Position numbers and translations under genes: made by a program. DNA of 57,529 bases, counting the filler, from Catajapyx aquilonaris (lineage: Eukaryota), in NCBI GenBank assembly GCA_000934665.2. It is 2 parts of 2 records of this genome, joined end to end, with 100 filler letters (N's around TTAATTAATTAA, not from the genome) between each part and the next. Parts side by side here need not be neighbours in the genome. Positions count along the whole stretch, not along the records: positions 1 to 28,719 come from KZ539241.1; positions 28,820 to 57,529 come from JYFJ02004883.1. One strand, 5' to 3'. The notes beneath the pieces were generated by a model. That model saw only the letters and a program-made list of their open reading frames with translations. It was not told where the DNA came from and did not search any database. How positions within the stretch are numbered: position 1 is the stretch's first letter; every line of letters begins with the position of its first letter. Below are positions 25,300 to 36,900 of this stretch, piece by piece.

Positions 25300-27016
25300 T
25301 ATAAAATAGAAATTACACGCACTGTTCATCAATATAGCAGATTATTACACATTCTGCCAACTTTTCTATTCTTGAACTCTTCTCTACAGGGCAGCGCCTT
25401 TTGACTTTAATATACAGAAAATAACACTTTCAGAGATAAAATTACTGAATAGTTAATCCTATTAGGCAACGGAAAGACGCCCCTCAATACAGTATGTGAC
25501 GTAACTGACGATAGTATGATGACGAGGTGCAGGTAAATTAGCAGGTGAGATTTGAACGCACATGGAACATGTAGTCGACATCACGCAATTTAGCTGTCGC
25601 GCGGGTCAAATCCCTGTCTACCTGGTAACGCTATATGGCAATCATAAGCTGAGTCATCCGTTTTCGTCTGTATGACACGCAAAGATGCAAAAAATATGTA
25701 ATTCGGATCTCCGCCGGTACAAAAAAAAATATTCCTTGGCGGATTTTACAAATGCAAATTAACCGTTTTATATTTCGTTCACTGGCCCTTTAGGAGCGTT
25801 CCTTCTTCATTAGGCCTGTATGCCCAACACGAACAAGCATGCTTAGCTATATGTTTTCGCGTGTTGCAGGCGACTTTTTCAAATGCAACCTACAGCCGGC
25901 TCACGAAAAATCCCATGATCCAGCTCCCGGGAATTTCGGCATGAGCCAAATCATTTGTGCCAAAAAAAAAACAGCCTTATCTAACCTACCTTCATAGAGG
26001 ACTATGCATGTATACACCTGCATTACCGTACATATTTTTCCATTGACATAAATGTGACCCTAATCCGACGTTAGTAAAAATAAAAATAAAATGAGGAGCA
26101 ATGTGTTATTACTTCGCTACTTTTCTTCCACGCGTAAGTCCATTTCCTTAATATATTAATAATATAATAATTAATAATTAATATTACCCCGAGTCGTCTG
26201 GAGAGTTATTGGTTGAATCAGCACATGAAAAGACTCAAGGTGATTCACACTGTCTCATTGGTACAGGGCTTCGAGAGTGCATAAAGATGTGGATGGTAGA
26301 CCAGAGCTTACAATTAAGGGTCATGTTTCACATGCAATCTCCACTTCCCTTCATTATAAATCCGATAACTGGGGCAGGAATGATAAGGACTTCGTACTGC
26401 GCTAAACAAAGCCATTCGATTCTCTCCTAAGGATTTTGGTTACACCCTATGCAAACAGCGATAAATTTTTTCATATCATCCGAGGTTGCCAAATTACCCA
26501 AATTCCGGGTACCGACGAGCTTCGTGCAAGGGTCTGCTAGAAATGTTTACAAAACAACGGCACCCACGTGAAACAAGCTCAATTTTCGCATATATCCGGA
26601 CCAGGACTCACGTTCGTCTTCGCCACTTGGCTGACTTACCATTGACCTGCAGTAGGTCAGGAGAGCTCAAGTTACTTCTCAATTTGAAATTAATTCGGTG
26701 ACATATCCTTTTATAGGGGTCGTCCATAAAGTTGACCTCCCCCTTTGTTGACCCTATGTCATGCACAATGACCCGTGGTTTTTCTCCCCACAAAATTTAC
26801 TGTTCACGATCTCTGCTAAGTTTTCGTTACTTATGTTTCACTTGCTCGAAATTTTGCGCGTGACTTTATCCCTCGATAAAATTACAAACGGAATAATTTA
26901 AATAAATTTGTATGGATTAAGCAATTCAAAATTTTTATCCCACTATTGACCTGAGGACTTGTGCAGTGTATATAGGTATGAACAAAATATCGCCAAATAA
27001 TATTCTCCCTCATATA

Positions 27017-27226
27017 CAGGGAGTTTCAACTTTTTGTCCGAACAGTTATCGGAAATATTTGCACTATAAGTTGCTACTATGTAAGCAGCGACTTGCAACC
27101 GGTTTGTCGGAGGAATGGGAAATATTCTCTGCGAATCTTAGGTTGAAGTGGCATACACTGCTTACAAAGTAGCAGCATAGTGCAATATTTCCGATAACTG
27201 TTCGGACAAAAAGTTGAAACACCCTG
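27017..27226. mobile_element. Tc1/mariner-type MITE
   Basis: TA|CAGGGAGTTTCAACTTTTTGTCCGAACAGTTATCGGAAATATT ... AATATTTCCGATAACTGTTCGGACAAAAAGTTGAAACACCCTG|TA. Confidence 0.85.
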
Positions 27227-27563
27227 TATACTGTAGAGTTACTTCTCACATACCCACCCAATGCGTAGTACCGTATGCATGTTCTATTTCTCTGGATAAC
27301 TGACTGACAATCAAATTCAATTACTTATAAATTGATTTAAAAATTGCGGATATTATCTTAAATTGCGGATTGAGGATACTAATGCGATTAGATTATATTA
27401 GATTAGATATTAATGTGATAAATAAAATCGCGGACACATCCAGTATTTCGAAATTCGAGGAAGCGGCTACTAAATGTCGACGTAATTTTAATTGAGAAAC
27501 ATTACTTTAGATATTGTGTATACGAGTACTGTCGGACACATGAACTTATTATAATTATAACTT

Positions 27564-27887
27564 TTTTTAAAACCCCATTAGAGGGAACGAAGCCCTTTTA
27601 GGGGTGTGGATTACCACCATTTGAATAATTTCTGACTCCGTGCTAGGACAATTGGGGAAATAGGGTAAGGATTGGNNNNNNNNNGGGGGGGGGGGTTGGG
27701 AGGGGACACAGATGCAAGTGCAATGTCTGAAAAGGGTCGTGTGCAGTCCCCCAGGAGACCGGTTGCCAATACGCTTCCTTAGGCGCGGGCTAGAGACCCA
27801 CTGACACAGGCGAAAGGGATTAGAACCCGGGACCTTTCGCACAGCAAGCCGACACGTTATCATCTCGGCCACCGGCACCTTCCCCTG
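27564..27887 (-). mobile_element. tRNA-derived SINE (family B)
   Basis: Minus strand GGTGGCCGAGATG (A box) ... CCGGGTTCTAATCC (B box), A-rich tail; TSD TAATTATAACTT (27552-27563, 27888-27899). Confidence 0.75.
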
Positions 27888-28719
27888 TAATTATAACTTA
27901 CTCTATCTCCAGAAGATTTTGGAGTATACTCATATGTCAAGAAATGATTAGTTTATCTTCTTGGCGATGAACCAACATAAATGTTCGGATGTAAATGTAC
28001 AGCGGTAGGCCTACAGTCTACACGAGTACGCCCACTTTAAGGATTAGAGCTAAAGAGGTGAAGGATTTAGTACTGCCACGGCTCTGGGACCACCACAAGC
28101 AGCAGGTAAATACAAGAAGAGGATTATCAAAACATTTAAAGGAGTAAATTTATTACGCCTGATTGGAAATTGGAAAGAAACGGTTGGTTAGGTGTGGTTT
28201 ATTATGGGATCTAAAAAAAACTACATGCTATCTGGCATATTATGGTAGCCTATGGTGAAAGGGGAAAAATAGGCAGTTGTAGGAAACGGGAAAAACACGA
28301 AAAACCCCACGCGGGCACTGAGAGAACCTATCGAAACCCTTGCCTGAAGCGGGGATCAAACGCGGGACTTCAGAGGTAGAAGGCCTTAATCACATCACAG
28401 TGCCACAAGGAAAGAAATGGAGAAATACACAACACAAGGCGAATAAAAAGCGGAAGCGTGTGAGATATCTACAGGTCTATAGATAAGAGCCTTGGAGAAA
28501 GTATACGGGTATAGTTTACTGCAGCAGCTGAATTTTTCCTATATTTTGGTACAATCAGGGCCATATTAATTATTGGTTTGATTGTTCCTTCTCTGGGTGG
28601 TGGGGTAAACAACACGTAACTACCCTTACCGAAATTTAACCCAGCCGCGAGCTTGCCGCTAGCTCGCCAGAAGCTGGCCAGCTCGCCTCAGGATAGCCGC
28701 CACGTCGCGGGACCTCGCG

Positions 28720-28819
28720 NNNNNNNNNNNNNNNNNNNNNNNNNNNNNNNNNNNNNNNNNNNNTTAATTAATTAANNNNNNNNNNNNNNNNNNNNNNNNN
28801 NNNNNNNNNNNNNNNNNNN
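28720..28819. other. Artificial contig-joining spacer (N44 + TTAATTAATTAA + N44)
   Basis: Exactly 100 bp and symmetric; the core gives stops in all six frames, a standard concatenation linker. Confidence 0.9.
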
Positions 28820-29071
28820 GGGACAAGAGTAGTTGCATCAATTTTAAGCCTGAGGTATTTCTCAACACCGAGTCGATGAAGGTACTTTGTTTTCATGGAC
28901 ATTAATGGAAAAAAAAACTTCACATAATTAGGTAGTTAGTAAATGGTATTAAGGTCTTCAGAAGTTCAGAGCACTGGTTGCCAGGCCCGGATAGTCTTCA
29001 ATTTCTTCAGCCCAGAAAGTCACACGGTTTTTTCAAATTTCAAACTTTCATTCATAGAAATTTTGACTATA

Positions 29072-29821
29072 CAGGGTGAATACTGTAACTTTGGCAAAAA
29101 TCACAGGGTGGGTAGTGTAGACCAAGACAAGTATTTTTGACATAGGAACCCATGTCCGGAAATGCCCCCGTACGGGGGTACGGCCGTTTCCCGCACAATA
29201 TTTGGATGTAGCCAAAGGCCTGAAACAACAATCGTTGTTTGGCTGTTTACATGGCAATTCAAGATCCCAACCTGCTTAAAACACGTCAACACTCCAAAAA
29301 AATGTCGTCTCTGAGTCGCTGGAGCAGGTTGGAGTAAGAATGACTCCAATGAATCAGAGACGACCTTACATAACAAGTTGGCGACTCTCTTCTTTAAGGG
29401 TCTCTAGTTGTGCCTGGTGGGTAGGCAACCCACCGTACTCGAAACTTGCGTTCATCAGGTGTGTCGCGTGTGGAGGAGACGAAGGTGGACAATTATTGCG
29501 AGTGTCAAGTGCCGAACGGAGGATTTTATTAGATCAAGGTCAGCCAACTCTGTTACACAGATTTTACAGTCATGAAAGATGGAACTAATGGATGACACAA
29601 TTTTATTACCATGTGTCACTGTGTTGGGATCTTGAATTGCTATGTAAACAGCCAAACAATGATTGTTGTTCAGGCCTTTGGTTGCATCCAAATATTGTGC
29701 GGGAAATGGCCGTACCCCCGTACGGGGGCATTTCCGGACATGGGTTTCTATGTCAAAAATACTTGTCTTGGTCCACACTACCCACCCTGTGATTTTTGCC
29801 AAAGTTACAGTATTCACCCTG
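29072..29821. mobile_element. Tc1/mariner-type non-autonomous element with ~200 bp TIRs
   Basis: TA|CAGGGTGAATACTGTAACTTTGGCAAAAATCACAGGGTGGG... (29072-29270) is inverted at 29623-29821|TA. Confidence 0.9.
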
Positions 29822-30910
29822 TATTTTCCTGATTCTGCACTGACATGGGTAAAGAAATCTCAAACTCCTGATCGTTCCTGATGCAATTGATTGGCATGTC
29901 CATCTTGTAAAAATAATTTCTAAACTGTTGCGACAACTGATTCTTGTGCTCCAATATGCCGGCTTGGATGCTTATCTCTACTGGGCCTCCACTATTGCTT
30001 TGAAATTGTTGGAAAGCAAGCAATGTTGCTTCCTTGTACACAACATTCCCAAAACTGGAATTTTTGATAATTCCTTCCATTTTGTCTTGCACATTACGAG
30101 TACCGACGAGTACATAATTATATTCACGGTGATGCCTTGAAGCCCTGTTTCATTTGTTGAGACTAGAAAGATTTTAGGCCAGGTACATCTGCATCTGCAG
30201 CCAGAGTTTATTTTCAATACCTTCACAACTTCTCTAAGCACAATCGTAGAATTGAATCAGCTGTTCGTAAAAGGGCTGAAGTCCACAATTGGCATTTTCG
30301 AGTTAACACTGACATGTTGCAGTTTGAGTTTCAATGCGCGTGCTCAATGAAATTGGCATCAGTCAGAAAATGCCTCTTCATTTAAGTCTTAATAAATCTT
30401 TGCTTAAAAATAATAACAAAAGGAAAGATGGGGGTGAGTATAGGACCATTTTTGTTGTTTTTCTCAGAAGTTGGTTCATTCTTCTTTAATCAGAATATTA
30501 TAGTTCCCACAAATGTAGAGACTGGACGCCATTGCATGATATCTTTTGCTGACCCCCAAAATTGTGTTTGCGTACCCCAGTTTGAAAACCATTGCTCTAG
30601 TGTAAAAGCACCTCATGTCTTTCATCACATTAATTAAATTCTGGTCTGATAGGGTGGAGAGCACTGAACTCTGCCAAATAAATCCAGCTGGATTGAGCTT
30701 GTTGATAACTCTTGATAAAAACTAATCAACAATCAACTCATCATCTGTCGTTATCACATAGGATGTTTCTGACTGTCATTGCGGATGTCAGGAGCTGCCT
30801 TCATTAGCAATAGGATTTTGAGCAAGAAGAGAAACAAACTGCCACAGGAAATGTTGATATAATCTAGTCAGTGTTCATATGTCAAGCAGCACCACTTATT
30901 TGTGACAACC

Positions 30911-30936
30911 ATGAGTAACTCAGTGGGCAAAGGAAG
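30911..30936 (+). CDS. iRhom: iRhom exon 1 (MSNSVGKGR), putative start
   Basis: CAACC-ATG start context; AAG|GTGAAG donor in phase 2 matches the next acceptor. Alternative start is the ATG at 31132. Confidence 0.55.
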
Positions 30937-33900
30937 GTGAAGTTGTTCACTATGTGGACTGCAATATTTTTATTTCGTTACCCCTATGTGCTGTGGACTG
31001 TAATATAAAAACCTGGAGTATGAGTATATAAATTAATTAATTTATCTGACACTAAAGATAGGAAATTATCCTGACTAAATACCGTGCTCTAAACAATTTT
31101 TTAAATTTTCAGGCGCTCAGGAGCTCCCAGCATGCAGTCTGCGAGCCAACCTCTTAACCAGCCTCCTGTTTCATCCGGAGTTGGCATTGTAGCCACCGGG
31201 GGAGCAGGTGGTGCTGGTGGAACAGGCGGTAATGGCTCGGGAAACCAAGGGCGGCCTCCCAGCCGTGCTCATGCAACTGCCCAGCGCTCTGAGTCAGCTC
31301 CAACTGCTCGGCGTTTGAACCCTTCCTCAAGTGGGACCAGGCCGCAGGTGGCTCGGACTCTTTCTCGAACTGAGGTCGTGAAAAAGTATGTACTGCAGGG
31401 GGCTTTATTAACCCTTTATCTACCACTATCCTGAAATTCAGGATAACGAAAAAATCGCTGTATCTCGAGTGTCAAGGTCACGATGGTAATGCTTGAGATG
31501 TAAGCTAGTAATTATTGGCATCATTTAGTTCACTATGGTGAAAAACAAGGCATAACAAAGTAAGTAATTAGCGAAAGCCCAATAACATGGCAGCCATCTT
31601 TGATATAGATTATAGCAATAAGTTAATGGCGTCATTTCTCAATTTCGCTATTTACTTCCTAACCTGTAATGAATGGTCATGAATTTCTGTATGCTCATAG
31701 AGCCGATAGTGAATTACTATGTAACACGGATGTAACATTTCTGGACTTTGCATTTGGTGCGTTACAGCTGATTCATTGGAAGAATTAATGAAAAAATGCA
31801 ATAAATGTCGCCCAGTGGCCAATTGTCAATAGCTAGCTCTTGTTAAAAGGTTGACTTTGGTGGTGACCTTGGTGGTGAGGAAAAAAAGATGGCTGACTCA
31901 TCCAAATGTGGCCGATGACAAGGCGAGGGTTGTAAATATAATTAACCCTACCCACGAAAAATTTCTTATGGTGGTAGATAAAGGGTTAAAGGTCAGTTGC
32001 ATCCATGTCAAGATGATTTCATTCCAGCTACATCCGGCAAAATACTGCTACATTCTTTGGTGTCAATGACCAAACCGAGGCGGTGGAGTGGGCACGATGG
32101 TTGGAGCGAAGAAAGCGATTGGCCTCACGCAAGTATGGCGAAATCAGAGGGGATTATCGTGGCAGTGCATCACGACCCTTGGAGTCCACACCAAGTTCCC
32201 GCCTCGAAAGTGCCTATGCAGTTCACCAGGTACATAATTGTAGGAAGTAGGCCTTTATTGGGTAAGTGTTACAACGGAGTAACTTGACTGATTCAGGCCT
32301 CTTGTGTTGCACAGGAGAGTCCAGGTTTTGATGAAACGGATTCATCTGCTGCCACGAGACAACTTGAGATGCTTCAATGGGATGCTCACCGACATCCTCC
32401 CCGCCGAAAAGACTCTGTGCCACGGATGGCATGGGATGGAATGGCCTGGGTGATAGCGGTAAGAGCTTCTTATTTGTAATGCTACAATTGAAAATCAACC
32501 TCTTGCACTTTTAAAATTAGATGCTGAGTAGGAGAAGGACCAAACCGCTGGATCGGACACGATCCCGCAGCTATGTGCCATCGACGTTTTCAGAGGATTC
32601 TCGGAGGGATGAGACAGACCACCGTAGAATTCCCCGTGCTGTACCCCAAGCCCCTTTGCCAGAGAGGAGTGATACACTCCATGACGAGGTATGACCTAAG
32701 CCTTTCATGGGGTTTTTTCTAATGGGAAGGTCAGCTAAAGTAGCCTGCAGTCTAACTTGGAATGACATGCTCCTTCACAAGAGCCAAGGGGATGAACTTG
32801 AGACCCCGCCTTGTCTCTCAGGAGCCGTTAGGAATGCGAGCCCAGCGAAGTGGAATTAGAGAATTATAATTTACTTTGTATTTTAAGGAACCATTGCAAA
32901 CATATTGATTGTGGAGTATGCTAATGCTTTGTGAATGTACAGACTTTGCTTAAAATCAATCCATTAATTACATTTATATAGAATTCAGAAGAGAAAACAT
33001 TCTGTGCTTCTAGCACAGAATGGAGATTATTTCTTATGGACTAATGGGGGGAGCTTTGAAGGTCTCCATTGTTCTGTTCGTGTAAGGAGATTGGGAAGTC
33101 AATATGGTGGAATAAATGACATGCATTGCGATCTTGCGGCTGCTGCCAGCATGACTGTGTTCACTCACCTGTGACAGGCAACATAGGAATTAACAAGTCA
33201 AAAGATACACTCAAACTTCGAAGAGCTTTGAAGTAGTACACCTCCATGTTGTTGATTTAGTGACTTCACCTCATGTCCACTTTTTTGGTGAACAAAAACT
33301 TAATATAGCCTTTCTGAAGGCTGGGGGAGAGGCTTGAGGCTAGGGGGCATTAATGCTTTCTCAGGTTCAACTGCTGCCAGCTGTATAACAGGTCTATGAT
33401 CACTCGTAGCTACAATGATTGACATTTTTTTTTTATGGGAGTTTCTAAATCTTAGAAAATGTTATTAATGTAATGCATTTTGAACAAACAATATTGCAAC
33501 CACATCTTAACCTTTAAGGCATCTTTTGCATCTCTGAACACCTTCTAATAGATGTCATGATGACTTTTGGTGTTTGTTGTTGTTTTAATTAGGTTAATTT
33601 GCACCTCCATTATTGTGACTACCCCTTATTATTGGGAAAATGTCCTGTTAAGTTGTATGAATCTGAGTTATTTTACGTATGTAGAGTGACTTTCAGCTCA
33701 ATACATAGGAGAAACGATTGTGTGTGCCACTATTAATGTTCTCGTCTTCAATAAGCTGTGGGGATGGAAACAGGTGTTTTACTGTAACTCTGGGGACTTT
33801 GCCCCACTTGCGGGGACATTTTCGGTCACCACAGCTTAACACACGAGAACATTACCGTTATAGTTGGGACATGTCCCCACAATTTTGTTTTGCTGGGTTT

Positions 33901-36900
33901 TACAAAAGTCCATTTCTCTCAGACCAGGTTAGTTAGGGTAGGGTAGGTTAGGTTAGTTTAGGTTAGTTTAGTTTAGTTTACACTAGCTTCGAAAAGTTGA
34001 GTTTTCAACGCCCCCATAGCTTATTGAGAGCATGTTTGTGTGTTGCTGTCAGGCAGCTTTTTATTTAATGTCGGCAGATTTTTTTATTATTTTGGTACAA
34101 ATTGCTCCTTATTATTAATTGGAACCATCCATACACATGAACTGGAGGCTAAAAGTTTTGTGGACTACTTACCAAGGGACAAAATTGACCATTTATTGGG
34201 CCAGCAGTGTATGTAGAGCACAGCTGCTGTCCCTTCTAGTGTGCAGTGACTGACCACCATAGGCCAGGCTGAGTACTCCCCATCTCCTTACTTCACCATT
34301 CCCCTATCCCTTGTGGGCCTGCAACATTACCAGATCATTAGAGGCAGTGTAAGGGTGCACAACAAAGGAACTTTTCCATGTGTAATAGGGGGACATACCC
34401 TGCATGAAGCAAAATGCCTGTATGGATATGAATTTTGTTAATTGTGCCTACCTATTGCTTCAGGTATTTTTTGACAAAACCACAAGTGCCCAACCAGCCC
34501 CCCCAGCTGACTTTACGGATGCAGGACAGCGCGGAGGGGGCTATGCCTTGCCTGACGCAGCTCGGGGTCGCCCCATCCACCCAGACCCGTACAGGGGACA
34601 AAGTGTACAGAGGTAAATTAATGTGAAAGCTAAATTGATAAACTGGTTCAAGAGACATCACACATACCATTTTATTACCAGGCCTCCAAGCTGGCACCGT
34701 TCCCGAGAAAGGTTGGAGGTTGGAGAGACCAGTGTGCAAGTAGGAAAGTCTCGAATTGGGGCTAACTTCTTGGACAAGCTCTTTGACAATTCCAATCGCC
34801 GCCAGTACGGAATGGGCATCGTGGGGAAATTTTTCAGGTACAAGGAAGCATGAAGGTCTCCCATCACACGCGACTCACAATTGACTCCTTACAGGCGTAC
34901 ATTCCGTCGATCTGTGGTGGAGAACAAGAAAGTGCAGGATCAGCTGGAAGACTTGGAAGATTATCGGCCGTACTTCACTTATTGGGTCACTACCGTGCAG
35001 CTTCTTATTCTCATCATATCACTTGCCTGCTACGGCTTTGGACCATTTGGTGTTGATCTCTACCAACGGTCAGGTCTGGTGAGTACCAACTGCTAGGGTA
35101 GATTGTGGGGAGAAAATACCTACTTGTCAATAACATAACATGTGTTTTTAGGTGCTGGTAACCAGCCTGTCATTTCAACAAGTAGATTACATTGAGCCTG
35201 CCAATTTCTGGTTAGGATCGAGAGCTGTAAGTATATGCAGCAGGTGGTGGTTGCAGTACCAGTGTTATTGTGAATGATCTTATTCCAGGCTGATTTAATT
35301 CACCTGGGTGCCAAGTTTGCCCCATGCATGAGATGGGATGAAAGGATCATAAGAGAAATAGAAACGGCAAGGACGAAAGAGCGAGACACAGCTTGCTGCA
35401 TTCGCAATGACAACTCAGGCTGTGTTCAGTCTTCACGTGCAGATTGCTCAGTAAGTGTCGGACTCTGTTTGCAGACATTTGGCAGATGTGCACTTTTATT
35501 TTCAGTTATGTTGATTTCTCATCACATTTTGGGTTGCTTTGTAGGGTTTTACATGTACATTTGGTTTCAGCTTTGGCACTCGAGTTTCATCTTTTTAAGT
35601 CAATTCTTTTACAGGCACAGGTTTTTAAATTGTGAAATACATTGCCGTCTCGATCTTTGGTGTTGGGAACTTGTCATATGCGTGCTGTTGGGTGGGCTCC
35701 CACTTGCACATAAGCTTTCCAAGGCACACCTAGATTTTGAATGGCTAGATACACTGAGTAGAGAGATGGAAGACACATTTTGTTGAGGTGTGCATGGAAA
35801 ACAGGGAAACATCCACTGCAGTTGGGAGCTAACCCTATGCTTTAGCGCCATATTTGGTTGCAACCTTTGTTTCCAGCCACAAAACTAGAGAGTATTGTGC
35901 ACTTTATTTGCTGCCTCAAAATTAACATGCAGGAAGAGTCAGGGAGATAATTTAGTGTACTGATATCTTGGTAGCAGTCACCTTTCCAAAACACCTCAAT
36001 GTAATCTTGCTTTTCTGTTTCCTTCCAACCTATTGGTGCGAGGATTGACTGACACGGTACGTTCCACATCCTTCAATTTTGCTTCTGTTATCATTTGTGT
36101 GATGTATTCTTTCCTTTTATCTTCTGGTGGTGTATCTGATGTGTAGTCCAGTCACTTCTCCTGCTCATTTTTGCATGAGTTCACTTGGCCAATATACTAT
36201 ACAACTAGTAACCAATTACAGACAAGCATGACTGGCAGAACATTTTACACTATACTTATTGACAGTGTGTGTGTTCAGGACTTGAAAAGCAAGATTTGAT
36301 TGGCATATGTTACCATACCTACTGCCTTTGGAATGACCTGCATTCATTCTATACTTCAAATGACAAAATGGTGCATCCAAGTTGGGAACAGGGCCCTCAT
36401 GCAAACCATATCTGAATTAGCTGGGGAGCTTGCTTGTTAATTGGCTCTGCTTTGCACCAGTTTGTCTCAGTGGAAGAGTCTGGCTTGGCCCATGCTTGTT
36501 TGCTGTCTGCAAATGCACAATCATTGAGCTGCAGGAGCAGCCTACGAGGATAGAAAAAGGGAGTTATGATTCGTGACATGTAATGACTCAGGAGATGAAA
36601 GCATGCCAACTTGCATATACTGTATATTTACATCCCTCTTGTCCATCCCCTGTACTTGTTATCAAGAAGAATTGGTCTCCTTTTGTTTCCCAATTGAAGC
36701 TCTTTATTGCAAGAAAGAAAGGGCTTTTATGATTGTGATTATGATTTTAACTGTCCCTTATGTGATCCAGATGCATGAAAAGCATGCGTATGGATAAAAG
36801 TCACTTTCCAGATCACTCATGGTAGTATGGCATTTTCTTTTCCACAGAAATTAATATCCACCTGGAAAAAATGGACAGTATTTGATTCGGGGCCTGGAGG

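Noticed and set aside
29048..29881. Pairs of near-identical ORFs on opposite strands
   Set aside because: Artefact of translating the two ~200-bp TIRs of the MITE at 29072-29821.
6332..30911. Divergent (head-to-head) enc-like/iRhom gene pair with a shared regulatory region
   Set aside because: The interval contains the artificial linker at 28720-28819, so linkage is unsupported.
33935..33980. True telomere or chromosome-fusion scar
   Set aside because: Short, degenerate GGTTA/GTTTA run internal to a dispersed element present twice in the window.
35451..35786. 3' part of the 170-aa ORF 35274-35786
   Set aside because: Read-through into intron 10 past the GTAAGT donor at 35451; iRhom homology resumes at 36848.
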